From contig MU271388.1 in NCBI GenBank assembly GCA_021432655.1, forward strand, positions 1-64,000: a stretch of DNA of 64,000 nucleotides, given 5' to 3'. This document shows positions 35,880 to 47,565 of the stretch, piece by piece. The stretch is from Atractiella rhizophila (taxonomy: Eukaryota). Position 1 is the first letter of the stretch, and each line of letters opens with the position of its first letter. The position numbers were made by a program, and so were the translations under genes. The notes under the pieces were generated by a model. That model saw only the letters and a list, made by a program, of their open reading frames with translations, ran no database searches and was not told where the DNA came from.

Positions 35880-36664
35880 GTTCCAAGCTGGCAACGACAC
35901 TACTAGTCAGGGTAATGATATTTCCTTTATGCCTCTTTTATGTGACAACAAGTTACGCTGTTACGCTGTGGATTAAAGTACAACAGCAAACGGCGAAGTA
36001 CTGAAACAGGAACGGTGTTGGTCAATCCGCATCTCTTGCCCGAGGAACAAGAACGCTAAGTGGAGCTCACACGTTCAGTTTGCTTGGACCGTGATTGTAA
36101 AGCGACGTAGAGAAACAAATGATGCATTTCATACCAAACTTAGTAGTGATTTTATCACTGATTTTCGATGCTCTTCAAGACAATCATAGGAGCGATGTCT
36201 GTCGAGAGCAACCACGTGTCGAGTCATCGGCTGTTTGGTCACGTGGGATGTCAACAACTCTTTGCCGGCGGCGCAAATCACAGAGCTTTGCCGAGGCACT
36301 ACAAATGGATGTGAAAACGATGTGCTAGTAGTAGGTGTATGGGTGAGTGAGCTGCTTGTGGTTTAGAGGGATTCGAAGCTTTGCTATCTATCACCAGAAT
36401 CTCGGAAAGTCATTCGCTTCTGCTGCATTTTCCGTCTGGCATCTTAGCTGCAGAAATCCTAACTTGCTGCGACCAGCTCCTAAGAAGGAGATGTTTTGGG
36501 AGAACCATTAAAGGATGCCTTTTACTCTACTTGGTAGTTTGATGGCAAATGCCAAAAGAAACAACAACAAACAGAAACGAGAGTGAAGAAGGTGGATTTC
36601 TAAAAAGACAGCTTAGAAGGAGGTAAACTAGAAAGCACTGAAAAGAACTTTTTTTTTGGGTGTT

Positions 36665-36984
36665 TTATGATTCCAGGGTGGTGACGACGTCGCTTAATTT
36701 CTCCTCGCTTCGTTCGTTTGCATCGTTTGTGTATCTTGCCCTTCTTGACCATGACCAGCTTTTAAGCGATGAGTCATTAGTTTGCTCCATAGAAGCCGAG
36801 GGAATCTCACTTCTGATGGCAATGAGCCTTGCCAGGATATCATGAACGTCTTGACGAGGCCAGATACTCAACTGCCCCTCGATGCGGACTGCATACCCAT
36901 CTTCAACCTAAAACGAAATAAGTATTCATTATAGCAAACGAAGCAGAGAAAGCTCACGAGGATAATAGGCGGAATGGTGGACAT
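36665..36984 (-). CDS. Possible small orphan protein (2 exons)
   Basis: MSTIPPIIL, a 50-nt GTGAGC...TTTAG intron (36908-36957), then in-frame VEDGYAVRIEGQLSIWPRQDVHDILARL...TTLES*. Confidence 0.4.
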
Positions 36985-37883
36985 AGTCTTTGTCGAGAAT
37001 TTCTCACTTCGCTGGGAAAGTGAAGTGGACGATTGCGAGAGCGGTTTGACTGCTCTTATACTCATGGTTGAAGGAAGGCGCAATAACTTGAAGGAAATTA
37101 ATAGCTATGCGAGATGTATGAAGTGGAAGCAAAAGCAGGAAGGCTTCTGTCCGGCTGGGCTCAGCTTGGTTCGTCTTCTGATCTTATCTTTATTGTCGGC
37201 AGTCCGGGAGGCGGAACAGCGGAAAGAGAAAGCGGAATACGAATATGATGCTTCTTTGGCCTATGGACCTTGTTGGTCGTCAAGGGTGGGAACAGCGAAC
37301 CGGAGCAGGGATGCGGGAAAACCACGAAGCTGATTCAGCATTAGCGGAAAACATGTGGAGGTTTATGTCAATGGGATAGCGTGGGCTAGGTTCCTTGTTA
37401 GCGATCCCTATCGTCGGGCTCAGAGAAGCCGAAGAAGGGAAGGTGGACAGTTGAATTCACGGAAACTGCAAGTCAAACTGCTCTTTGGCTCCGCTACGTT
37501 CAACTTTTAGAACCAGGCGTCTGTGATCCTTTGAATATATCTTAAGTTCCACTGTCAGGCATTCTGCGCCTAGGGCCCGTTTAGCTCTCAGCTCAGAAGG
37601 TGAGCCTGAGACCTTAAAATAACGTTTTCATTTTGACACTGTAGAAACTAGCAGAATCGTTACTGTGTTTATCTTGACTCTAATTACTCATGCTTGAACT
37701 TCATCAATCTTTGTGCGCGTTTGGTTGACACGTCGATCATCAATATTCAAATATACATTGAATATGGAGACCCCTGAATTTTTTGGCTGGACTCATCCAT
37801 ATTCGAAAAGGTTGCATGTTCTGAGTCATTTCCAAACCTTGAAATACCGAATACCACTCCTCTTTACAGCAAGCAGGAAGGAC

Positions 37884-39287
37884 ATGCCGCGCAAAATCGA
37901 CCTCGCCAGCGTGATCCGGTCAAATATTCTGTCGCTCACCCCTTATCGATGTGCAAGGGACGATTACTCTGAAGGCGTTCTCCTAGACGCAAATGAGAAT
38001 GCCTACGGCCCATCTCTCTCTTCCACCTCTCAGTCACCAGATCAGCCATCTGAGCAGGCGTCAAGGGATGCACTGCAGTTGCACCGATACCCCTCACCGA
38101 CGAATTTCGAGCTCAAAGAACATATTGGCGCACTTCGAGGGGTCGAGAAAGAATGCGTGTTTCTTGGCGTGGGAAGTGACGAGATCATCGACCTGCTCAT
38201 CCGGGTCACTTGTCGTCCTGAAAAAGAAGGCATCGTCGTGTGTCCCCCCACTTACGGGATGTACAAAGTGTCTGCGAAAGTGAACGATGTGTCCGTATCT
38301 ACGGTACCTCTCAAATCAGATTTCAGCCTGGATGTGGAGGCTGTGCGTTTTTTTAGGTGCTATGCGAGATTTGAAGAAGAAAGTTGAATAGGATGGTCTA
38401 GACAAATGCCTTTCTCGACAAACATCCAGAGTCCAAGCTCCTCCTCCTCACCTCTCCAGGAAACCCAACAGGCACACTCCTCTCCCTCTCATCCATTCGT
38501 TCCATCCTCTCCAATCCTAATTTCAACGGACTGGTCGTCGTGGACGAAGCTTACATCGACTTCGCTCTCGTCGATCCTAAAAACAAAGACAATGGAGAGG
38601 GGGTGAGTGCTGTAGAATTGCTGAAGGAAGGGTGGGAAAATTTGGTGGTTATGCAGACCATGAGCAAAGGGTTCGGACTAGCGGGCATCCGGTGCGCTGA
38701 CCTTCCTCTCTCGTCATCCTTCTGCCTACCCGTACCTCTCCTTTCCAAGCGGAATAAGCCGTACTAACGATTAAAACCATAGACTCGGGATCTCCTTTCA
38801 ATCCCGCGCGCTCACGACCATCCTCTCCAGCACCAAAGCTCCATATAGTCTCTCCACCCCAACCATCTCCCTTGCCCTCTCCGCGCTCTCCACCTCCTCC
38901 CTCCAAAAATACCGCTCCAACCTCCTCTCCCTCATCCGCTCCCGCACCTCCCTCATCTCCAACCTCCAATCCCCCAACTTCCAATCCCTTGGCATCGGGA
39001 AAGTCATAGGCGGGAACGACGCCAACTTTGTGCTCGTGCAGGTGCTGGACAAGCCGCAGGAGGAGGGAGGAAGACCGGATAATGAGAGGGCGGAGAAGAT
39101 GTATACTTATATGGCGGAGAATGAGGGAGGAGGAGAGGGAGAGGAGAAGGTCGTTGTTAGGTTTAGGGGACGAGAATTGTTTTGTGAGGGTTGCGTTAGG
39201 ATCACGGTTGGGACGGAGTCGGAGTGTGAGGTTTTGATGACTAGATTGAGCAGGACATTGAGAGAGGTCTTGCCTGTGAAGAGATAG
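37884..39287 (+). CDS. HIS5: Histidinol-phosphate aminotransferase
   Basis: LTPYRCARDDYSEGVLLDANEN, LGVGSDEIIDL, CPPTYGMY, TSPGNPTG, VDEAYIDF, TMSKGFGLAGIR (PLP Lys), GGNDANF, GCVRITVG. Confidence 0.95.
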
Positions 39288-39529
39288 AACGGAGGCCAAT
39301 TAGCTCATAGATGTTGAAATAGACGTTGTCCATTTATTGCTTTCGTGATATCAAAAGTAAAGTAATAAGGAGGACATCGGCAGAGCAGGTCATGTTTCAT
39401 AACTGCGAGTTGAGTCATTTATACAATCATAATGAAAGATGCAGGCAAGGAAGAATGTATTGCTAGTCATGGCAAATGTCGGATTATCAGAAACTGGCAT
39501 CTTAGAGCAGCACGCACAAAGCGGACAGT

Positions 39530-40214
39530 TCAAGAAGGGAAGTTCTCCTTCCACACAGGAAGTGTGCCCGTCTCCTCGGCGCTCTGCCCATCTCTAGCCC
39601 GTAGCACCTCTCCTCCCTCATAATATTCTCTCTTCCAAATCGGGGTCTCCTTCTTCACTTTCTCAAGAATCCATTCACAGGTCTTGACCGGAAACAGTTT
39701 CAGCACTTTCATGAAAGGAGAATCATGGTGGGGGATAGGTCGACGTACCTCGAAGCTCTTTTTTCGGTGTGCTGACGAGACCGCGATCACTATGCTCGTC
39801 TCTCCCACCGGTACATCTCCCAACCGATGGACGATAGCGATTCCCATCCTCTCTCCTCCATCGCCTTGTGAACCTCCGATGAATCGAGAGCGTGCTTCCT
39901 CAGCGATGGAGCGCATCGATTTGAGAGCGAGGGACTCGTAAGCTTCGTACCATAGTTTGGTGACGCGTTTTCCTGCCTTACGTTTCACCATTCCACATTT
40001 CAGTTTCTCGTACCACACACAGTGACGTTGATAAGATATCAACGAGGTTTTGGGGGAGGAAATGGGACGCACCTTGGAAGTTGTCTCGAGTCGTTCCTAG
40101 GAATGTGCAGACTGCACCACAAGACGGGTGCTTCACGCTATTGATGATCGCAGATTCGGAGAGGGTGTCGGTGGAGAGGGAGATGTAATCTTGGGAAGAG
40201 GTGACCGATTCCAT
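39530..40214 (-). CDS. MOCS2: Molybdopterin synthase catalytic subunit (MoaE/MOCS2B/CnxH)
   Basis: CGAVCTFLGTTRDNFQG, LWYEAYESLA, IVHRLGDVPVGETSIVIAVSSAHRK, VKKETPIWKREYY; 3 exons. Confidence 0.93.
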
Positions 40215-41075
40215 AACTAAGACAGGTCAAAAGCTTGCAGATGGATCGTTGACAAAAGCTTGACAAATCATTCCGATTACTTGTAATAACCTCTCGATTG
40301 TCCTTGCTGCGGATAAACAAGAACACTATCATTATTTCTTTTTGTTGCTCTCACAATATATCACGCAATGTCCTTTCTCTTACGTCCACATTTGCCTGAA
40401 CAGGAAAAAGTTTAACCCCGTTTCAACCGCTTGAGCGATTTGAAGCGTGCACCTCACTCTATCACATTGAACTATTCAAGCAACGCCGTTCCCTTCAACT
40501 GGTCCCATCTATTCTCTTTGGGTTTTACTTGAAAGAAAGCACTGACAAAACAGTACATAGTCAGGAAAAGAGGAAGAGGGTGGCGTCCAACTACAACGCT
40601 AATGAGACATTTTGACTTCGAGGGCCAACGTTGAAAGCATACTGCTCTTGTCCTTGTTGGAGCTCAATGCGATGAACAAAGTAATTCGCGACCACTTTGT
40701 CAATGTCTCCCAATACGTTTACGCGTCGCGTCATGGCTACCCACAGACTCGTAGACGCGTTCCCCGTCCCTGCTTTCAAAATAAGGGACTTACCTCATGA
40801 GATATGTATGTCCAACGCCGGACTCAGCGCTTCCATAAATCTCGCTCATCTCAGTTATCTCGTTTTCCGGGAGAAGGTTGGCAATCAGGTTGGCAATCAT
40901 GGTCTTTCCTCGATCTCTTTTGTGACGTCGAGTAAATTAATCTAACCTTCGATCGACCGAATCCCATTCCCTTTTATCCATCGCAATCATCCCCTCTTTT
41001 CGCGTGCCTTAACCCTGCCACTCACCGGTACTAACCCCTGACTGGCTAGACCAAGGGCAAGCATTGTCAAGCAAG

Positions 41076-44000
41076 AGTGAGCCCTTTCCTAGGTCCCTCC
41101 TATGACAGAACAACAACTGAGAAGAGATACAAGTGTCCTCTCCAGCTTCATCAACCAAACCGCTTCCAAAGCCCAACCGTCCAATCGTCAGACGCAAGTC
41201 GTCACTCTCAATCCCATCCGTCGATCCTTCGTACGTTCCCCTCTCGCTTCTGCAGATGAATTTCGAGTCTTATCAGCCATGGTATTGTAACGGCGTGATC
41301 GAACGAAAGAGCCAATCTAGGGTCCATCAACGCCCTCGCACCCCATCCCTCGACCGTAACCCACAAGAGGGCGCACGTCCGCACTCCGACTGGATTCATC
41401 CCTAACAAGGGGCAGAAGCTTGAGGAACTCTTTCCCGGAGATGGAGCGGCGTGGAAAGACGCGTTGGGAGGGACAAAGAATGAGTTCGCGAAGGGTGCGC
41501 TTGCCTCTTCTTCACTTACTCCATCGGCTTCCGTGATGGTTGGGTCCGCGTTGATGTGTTCACTGTCCGCTTGGTGGACGCTTTTGTGGTGATAGACACT
41601 AAAACCATTGAGAAATCTGTCGTCAGACACGTGCAGACCACTCTGGCGAGAGCGCCATATAATCTCGATGTGTTGGGTGCCTATCAAGCGGTAGCTCTCA
41701 GTGTGAGGGATAGGTTGATTTACCGGTTCGTCTTGCCTCTTTCCATGATCGTTTCTAGCGACCCGGCCTTGAACTGGCCATTAGATGGAACGCGACCCAG
41801 CTTCACCACACCCAACTCAAGCCTAAGAGAGTGTACTACTTCTCCCTCGAGTTCTTGATGGGCAAATCTCTCGACAATGCGCTCCTCAACCTTGAACTGA
41901 AAGGGGAATATGAACGCGCGGGTGAAAGGCTGGGCTTCGGGATGGAGGAGTTGGTGCGTCCCTCCCTTTCGTATCCGCCCTTTTCGGAGGAAGGGGACTG
42001 ATCATGCTCCGTTGAATCGGTCGGGATGTAGCTTGAGGCGGAACGAGACGCTGGACTTGGGAACGGTGGCTTAGGAAGATTGGCCAGTTGCTACATGGAC
42101 TCTCTCTCCAGTCAGTCCATTCTTACGTCGAGGAAGACCGGTTGTTGAATGATGTTTAGCGATGGATATACCCGCTTGGGGATACGGGTTGAGGTATCAG
42201 TACGGAATCTTTCAGCAGCTGATCGACGACAGTGGAGCTCAGCTGGAGGTCCCTGGTTCGTGTTCCATCTCCTTCCGTGCAATTCTGTCCTGACTGCAAT
42301 TATGTGTCGCTCTGGTTCGGTATGGGATGAACAGATCCCTGGCTCGACCACTCTAACCCATGGGAAATCCCTCGTCTGGACACTTCGGTGGAGATTCGAT
42401 TTTATGGGAAAGCGCATAAGAATGCTGATGGGTTGAGCGGCAAGTGGGAGGGTGGCATGGAAGTGAGTCCCTTGCCGTTATAGTTGAGCGGTTGGTGATT
42501 GTAACACCTGATCGGGAAAGGTCCTCGCTGTCCCCTATGATCTCCCCATACCTGGATATGATACGGACAACACGAACAATATCCGGTTGTGGAGTAGCAA
42601 GCCTAAGAGAGCATTCGACCTGAGCTCGTTCAACGGTCCGTATCCCCTCCCTTTCTTTTCAATGTTTCTCTTCCATTGTCAATCGCAAGAGGTCGAACTG
42701 ACTAGAGGCACTTGTCCCCTCCAGCTGGAGATTACGATGGAGCCGTGGCGGCTGCAGAAGAGGCGGAGAACATCACTCGCGTCCTTTATCCCAACGATAA
42801 CTTCCAGAAGGGCAAAGAGTTGAGGTTGAAACAACAATATTTCTGGGTGGCCGCTTCTATCAGCGACATCATCCGTCGGTCTGTTACTTCTAATAGTCTT
42901 CCATCGTTGTAGCAGGATGCTGATGGACTATAATGTAGGTTTAAGAAGATTGGAGCGAGCTGGGACGAGTTTCCGGAGTTCAACGCCATCCAATTGAACG
43001 ATACTCACCCTACTCTGGCTATCGTAGAACTCATGAGGGTTTTGGTCGATGATGAGAACCTGGAGTGGGATGAGGCATGGGGCATTGTTCAGAGAACCTT
43101 TGGTTACACCAATCATACCGTACATACCCTCCTTCCTACTGATTGACGTCGCTTAACGTCCATAAACAGGTGCTTCCTGAGGCGCTGGAGAAATGGCCCG
43201 TCCCTATGCTCGACCATATCCTCCCGAGACACTTGCAAATCATCTTTGACGTCAACTTGTTTTTCTTGCAGTGCGTAGTTCACCAAACATCTCATTGAAC
43301 TTTTTCTTGATATTGGTGTCGTACAGGCAGGTAGAGAAGAAATACCCTGGCGAGAGAGAACGCCTGTCCCGCATGAGTTTGATCGAAGAGGGCAACCCTC
43401 AGCAGGTCCGAATGGCATATTTGGCCATCGTTGGTTCTCACTGCGTGAACGGAGTCGCAGAATTGCACTCTAGACTCGTAAAGGATGTAAATCACTTTCT
43501 TTCGTCCATATCAACTTGAGTTGCTGAGCAATGGGTGACAGATGATGAAAGATTTCGTTGACTTTTACGGACGCGACAAATTCACCAACGTCACGAATGG
43601 TCAGTCGCTTCCTGCTAACAAAGAGAAATATTGAAGGGAAACTAGGTGTCACGCCGCGCCGTTGGCTCCTTCAGTGTAACCCTGGGCTTGCTAGTCTTAT
43701 CACGAAGACGCTGGGTGAGTTCCGTTCAGCATGGCAGCAAGACAATTGTAAGCTGATGCGCAGACAGGTTCTGGAAAATGGCTGAAGGACTTGTCGCTCC
43801 TTAAAGGAATTGAGAAGTATGCAACGGACAAGGCGTTCCAGAAGCAGTTTGAGAAGATCAAGCTTGAGAACAAAGAGAAACTTGCTGCTTATATTGAGAG
43901 GACACTCAATGTGAAGGTCAACAGAGAGGCACTATTCGACATTCAGGTTAAGAGAATTCATGAGGTTCATTTTTTACTTGAATCGTCCAAGACAGATGTT

Positions 44001-45073
44001 CATGAAGCGGCTATAGTACAAGAGGCAGTCGATGAATATTTTAGGATGCATCTATCGTTACCTCGAGCTCAAGAAGATGAACCCTAAAGACCTCAAAGAT
44101 GTTGCTCCTCGAGTGCGTCCTCTGCTGTCTGTTCCAACGTAGAAGTTCATGCTAACACAAGATTGGTTAGGTATCCATTTTCGCTGGCAAAGCGGCTCCG
44201 GGATACTATATTGCTAAATTGACGATCAAACTCATCAATGCGGTTTCCAAAGTCATTGCAGCAGACAAGCAGATTTCAGAAGTCTTCAAGGTCATCTTCT
44301 TGCCTGATTACTCCGTGTCTCTTGCAGAACTGCTTATCCCGGCTAGCGATATCTCGGAGCATATCTCTACCGCTGGCACAGAGGCTTCTGGAACGAGTAA
44401 CATGTTTGTTCCATTAGCTCTTACACCTTCGTACTGCAAACTGAAGAGGGATCAGGAAATTCGCTCTCAATGGTGGCCTGATCCTAGGAACTGTGGACGG
44501 AGCAAATATTGAGATTGCTGAAGAGGTTGGAATGGAGAATGTCTACTTCTTTGGAGTCTTGGCTGATGCAGGTCTGTCTTCCATCCTTTACCAAAGGAAG
44601 AAAGCTGCTCACACAGCTTGGCGACCAGTGGCCGATCTAAGGCATACTAACTATTATAGTGGGCTGAACTTGGTACCTGAACTCCAGGCCGCACTGGATG
44701 CAATCCGTGAAGGCATGTTCGGACCACCTGACGTCTTCGAGTCCGTCTCCGCCTACTTTCTGCGGCACCTACTCACGAGTTTGGAATAGCCCGTTTGTCA
44801 ACTCCATCTACGACGGGAAAGACTACTACTTGCTCAACAGCGACTTCCAATCCTGTAAGGGTGGTTTCTCGGAGTTGTTCTTTCCCTGAACATGCGTCCA
44901 CAGACTTGGAAGCTCAAAAGATGATTGATGCCGACTTCGTCAACAAGCCAGTCTGGAACGAAAAGGGCATTCGAACCGTCGCCAAGATGGGCAAATTCTC
45001 CAGCGATCGCTCTGTTATGGACTATTGCGAGTCCATCTGGAACGTTGACGCTCAGCCCTTGCCCAAAATCTAG
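41076..45073 (+). CDS. GPH1: Glycogen phosphorylase (many introns; exact start uncertain)
   Basis: [83 protein letters not shown]. Confidence 0.96.
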
Positions 45074-47325
45074 TTGAATGGGTGGCCGCTTCTATCAGCG
45101 ACATCATCCGTCGGTCTGTTACTTCTAATAGTCTTCCATCGTTGCAGCAGGATGCTGATGGACTATAATGTAGGTTTAAGAAGATTGGAGCGAGCTGGGA
45201 CGAGTTTCCGGAATTCAACGCTATCCAATTGAACGATACTCATCCTACTCTGGCTATCGTGGAACTCATGAGGGTTTTGGTCGATGATGAGAACTTGGAG
45301 TGGGATGAGGCATGGGGCATTGTTCAGAGAACCTTTGGTTACACCAATCATACCGTACATACCCTTCTTCCTACTGATTGACGTCGCTTAACGTCCATAA
45401 ACAGGTGCTTCCTGAGGCGCTGGAGAAATGGCCCGTCCCTATGCTCGACCATATCCTCCCGAGACACTTGCAAATCATCTTTGACGTCAACTTGTTTTTC
45501 TTGCAGTGCGTAGTTCATCAAACGTCCCATTGAACGTTTTCTTGATATTGGTGTCGTACAGGCAGGTAGAGAAGAAATACCCTGGCGAGAGAGAACGCCT
45601 GTCTCGCATGAGTTTGATCGAAGAGGGCAACCCTCAGCAGGTCCGAATGGCATATTTGGCCATTGTTGGTTCTCACTGCGTGAACGGAGTCGCAGAATTG
45701 CACTCTAGACTCGTAAAGGATGTAAATCGCTTTCTTTCGTCCATATTAACTTGAGTTGCTGAGGAATGGGTGACAGATGATGAAAGATTTCGTTGACTTT
45801 TACGGACGCGACAAATTCACCAACGTCACGAATGGTCAGTCGCTTCCTGCTAACAAAGAGAAATATTGAAGGGAAACTAGGTGTCACGCCGCGCCGTTGG
45901 CTCCTTCAGTGTAACCCTGGGCTTGCTAGTCTTATCACGAAGACGCTGGGTGAGTTCCGTTCAGCATGGCAGCAAGACAATTGTAAGCTGATGCGCAGAC
46001 AGGTTCTGGAAAATGGCTGAAGGACTTGTCGCTCCTTAAAGGAATTGAGAAGTATGCAACGGACAAGGCGTTCCAGAAGCAGTTTGAGAAGATCAAGCTT
46101 GAGAACAAAGAGAAACTTGCTGCTTATATTGAGAGGACACTCAATGTGAAGGTCAACAGAGAGGCACTATTCGACATTCAGGTTAAGAGAATTCATGAGG
46201 TTCATTTTTTACTTGAATCGTCCAAGACAGATGTTCATGAAGCGGGTATAGTACAAGAGGCAGTCGATGAATATTTTAGGATGCATCTATCGTTACCTCG
46301 AGCTCAAGAAGATGAACCCTAAAGACCTCAAAGATGTTGCTCCTCGAGTGCGTCCTCTGCTGTCTGTTCCAACGTAGAAGTTCATGCTAACACAAGATTG
46401 GTTAGGTATCCATTTTCGCTGGCAAAGCGGCTCCGGGATACTATATCGCTAAATTGACGATCAAACTCATCAATGCGGTTTCCAAAGTCATTGCAGCAGA
46501 CAAGCAGATTTCAGAAGTCTTCAAGGTCATCTTCTTGCCTGATTACTCCGTGTCTCTTGCAGAACTGCTCATTCCGGCTAGCGATATCTCGGAGCATATC
46601 TCTACCGCTGGCACAGAGGCTTCTGGAACGAGTAACATGTTTGTTCCATTAGCTCTTACACCTTCGTACTGCAAACTGAAGAGGGATCAGGAAATTCGCT
46701 CTCAATGGTGGTCTGATCCTAGGAACTGTGGACGGAGCAAATATTGAGATTGCTGAAGAGGTTGGAATGGAGAATGTCTACTTCTTTGGAGTCTTGGCTG
46801 ATGCAGGTCTGTCTTCCATCCTTTACCAAAGGAAGAAAGCTGTTCACACAGAAATTGCGACACAGTGGCCGACCTGAGGCATACTAACTATTATAGCGGG
46901 CTGAACTTGGTACCTGAACTCCAGGCAGCCTTGGATGCAATCCGTGAAGGCATGTTCGGGCCACCAGACGTCTTCGAGTCCGTCTCCGTTTCTCCTTTCT
47001 GCAGTACTACCTACTCACGAGTTGGGAATAGCCCATTCGTCAACTCCATCTACGACGGGAAAGACTACTACTTGCTCAATAGCGATTTCCAATCCTGTAA
47101 GCGTGGTTTCTCGGAGTCATTGCCCTTTCCCTGACCGACCCTGGTCCACAGACTTGGAAGCTCAAAAGATGATTGATGCCGACTTCGTCAACAAGCCAGT
47201 CTGGAACGAAAAGGGCATTCGAACCGTCGCCAAGATGGGCAAATTCTCCAGCGATCGCTCTGTTATGGACTATTGCGAGTCCATCTGGAACGTTGACGCT
47301 CAGCCCTTGCCCAAAATCTAGTTGA
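42844..47325. repeat. Near-identical tandem duplication of the 3' part of GPH1: copy 1 at 42844-45077, one extra A at 45078, copy 2 at 45079-47325
   Basis: Repeated ORFs at offset 2235, rising to 2248 after small intronic indels. Confidence 0.97.
45079..47321 (+). other. 5'-truncated second copy of the GPH1 C-terminal exons (probably the other allele)
   Basis: Begins mid-exon at WVAASISD with no promoter or start codon. The exonic differences I saw are synonymous. Confidence 0.8.
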
Positions 47326-47565
47326 TGTCCCCTCAAAATGACATCAAGGGCAGGAATGGACATCATTTATGTGACTAACAAACAAAATCGAAGCAATATT
47401 TGTAGGCCAAATGTCAAACAGTGGTTCGGGAGTGGAAAAGCTGTAGCACTGAAAAATGAATGCAATCATTATGACTTTTCTCTCCACTTAGCTCCAGGAT
47501 CATGGTCCAATGCGATGTCCTTAAAGTCAAACAATTCTCTCCCAATGGTACATCCATGTAAATTA

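Noticed and set aside
36516..36530. GCCTTTTAC resembling U5 snRNA loop I
   Set aside because: The flanks do not form the required stem, and no other U5 features were seen.
41330..41365. Apparent frameshift at the GPH1 N-terminus ([13 protein letters not shown] model)
   Set aside because: An alternative splice model (intron 41231-41309) keeps the frame without invoking an error.
45079..47321. A second functional glycogen phosphorylase gene
   Set aside because: It starts mid-exon with no 5' part, and the junction signature suggests an allelic overlap.
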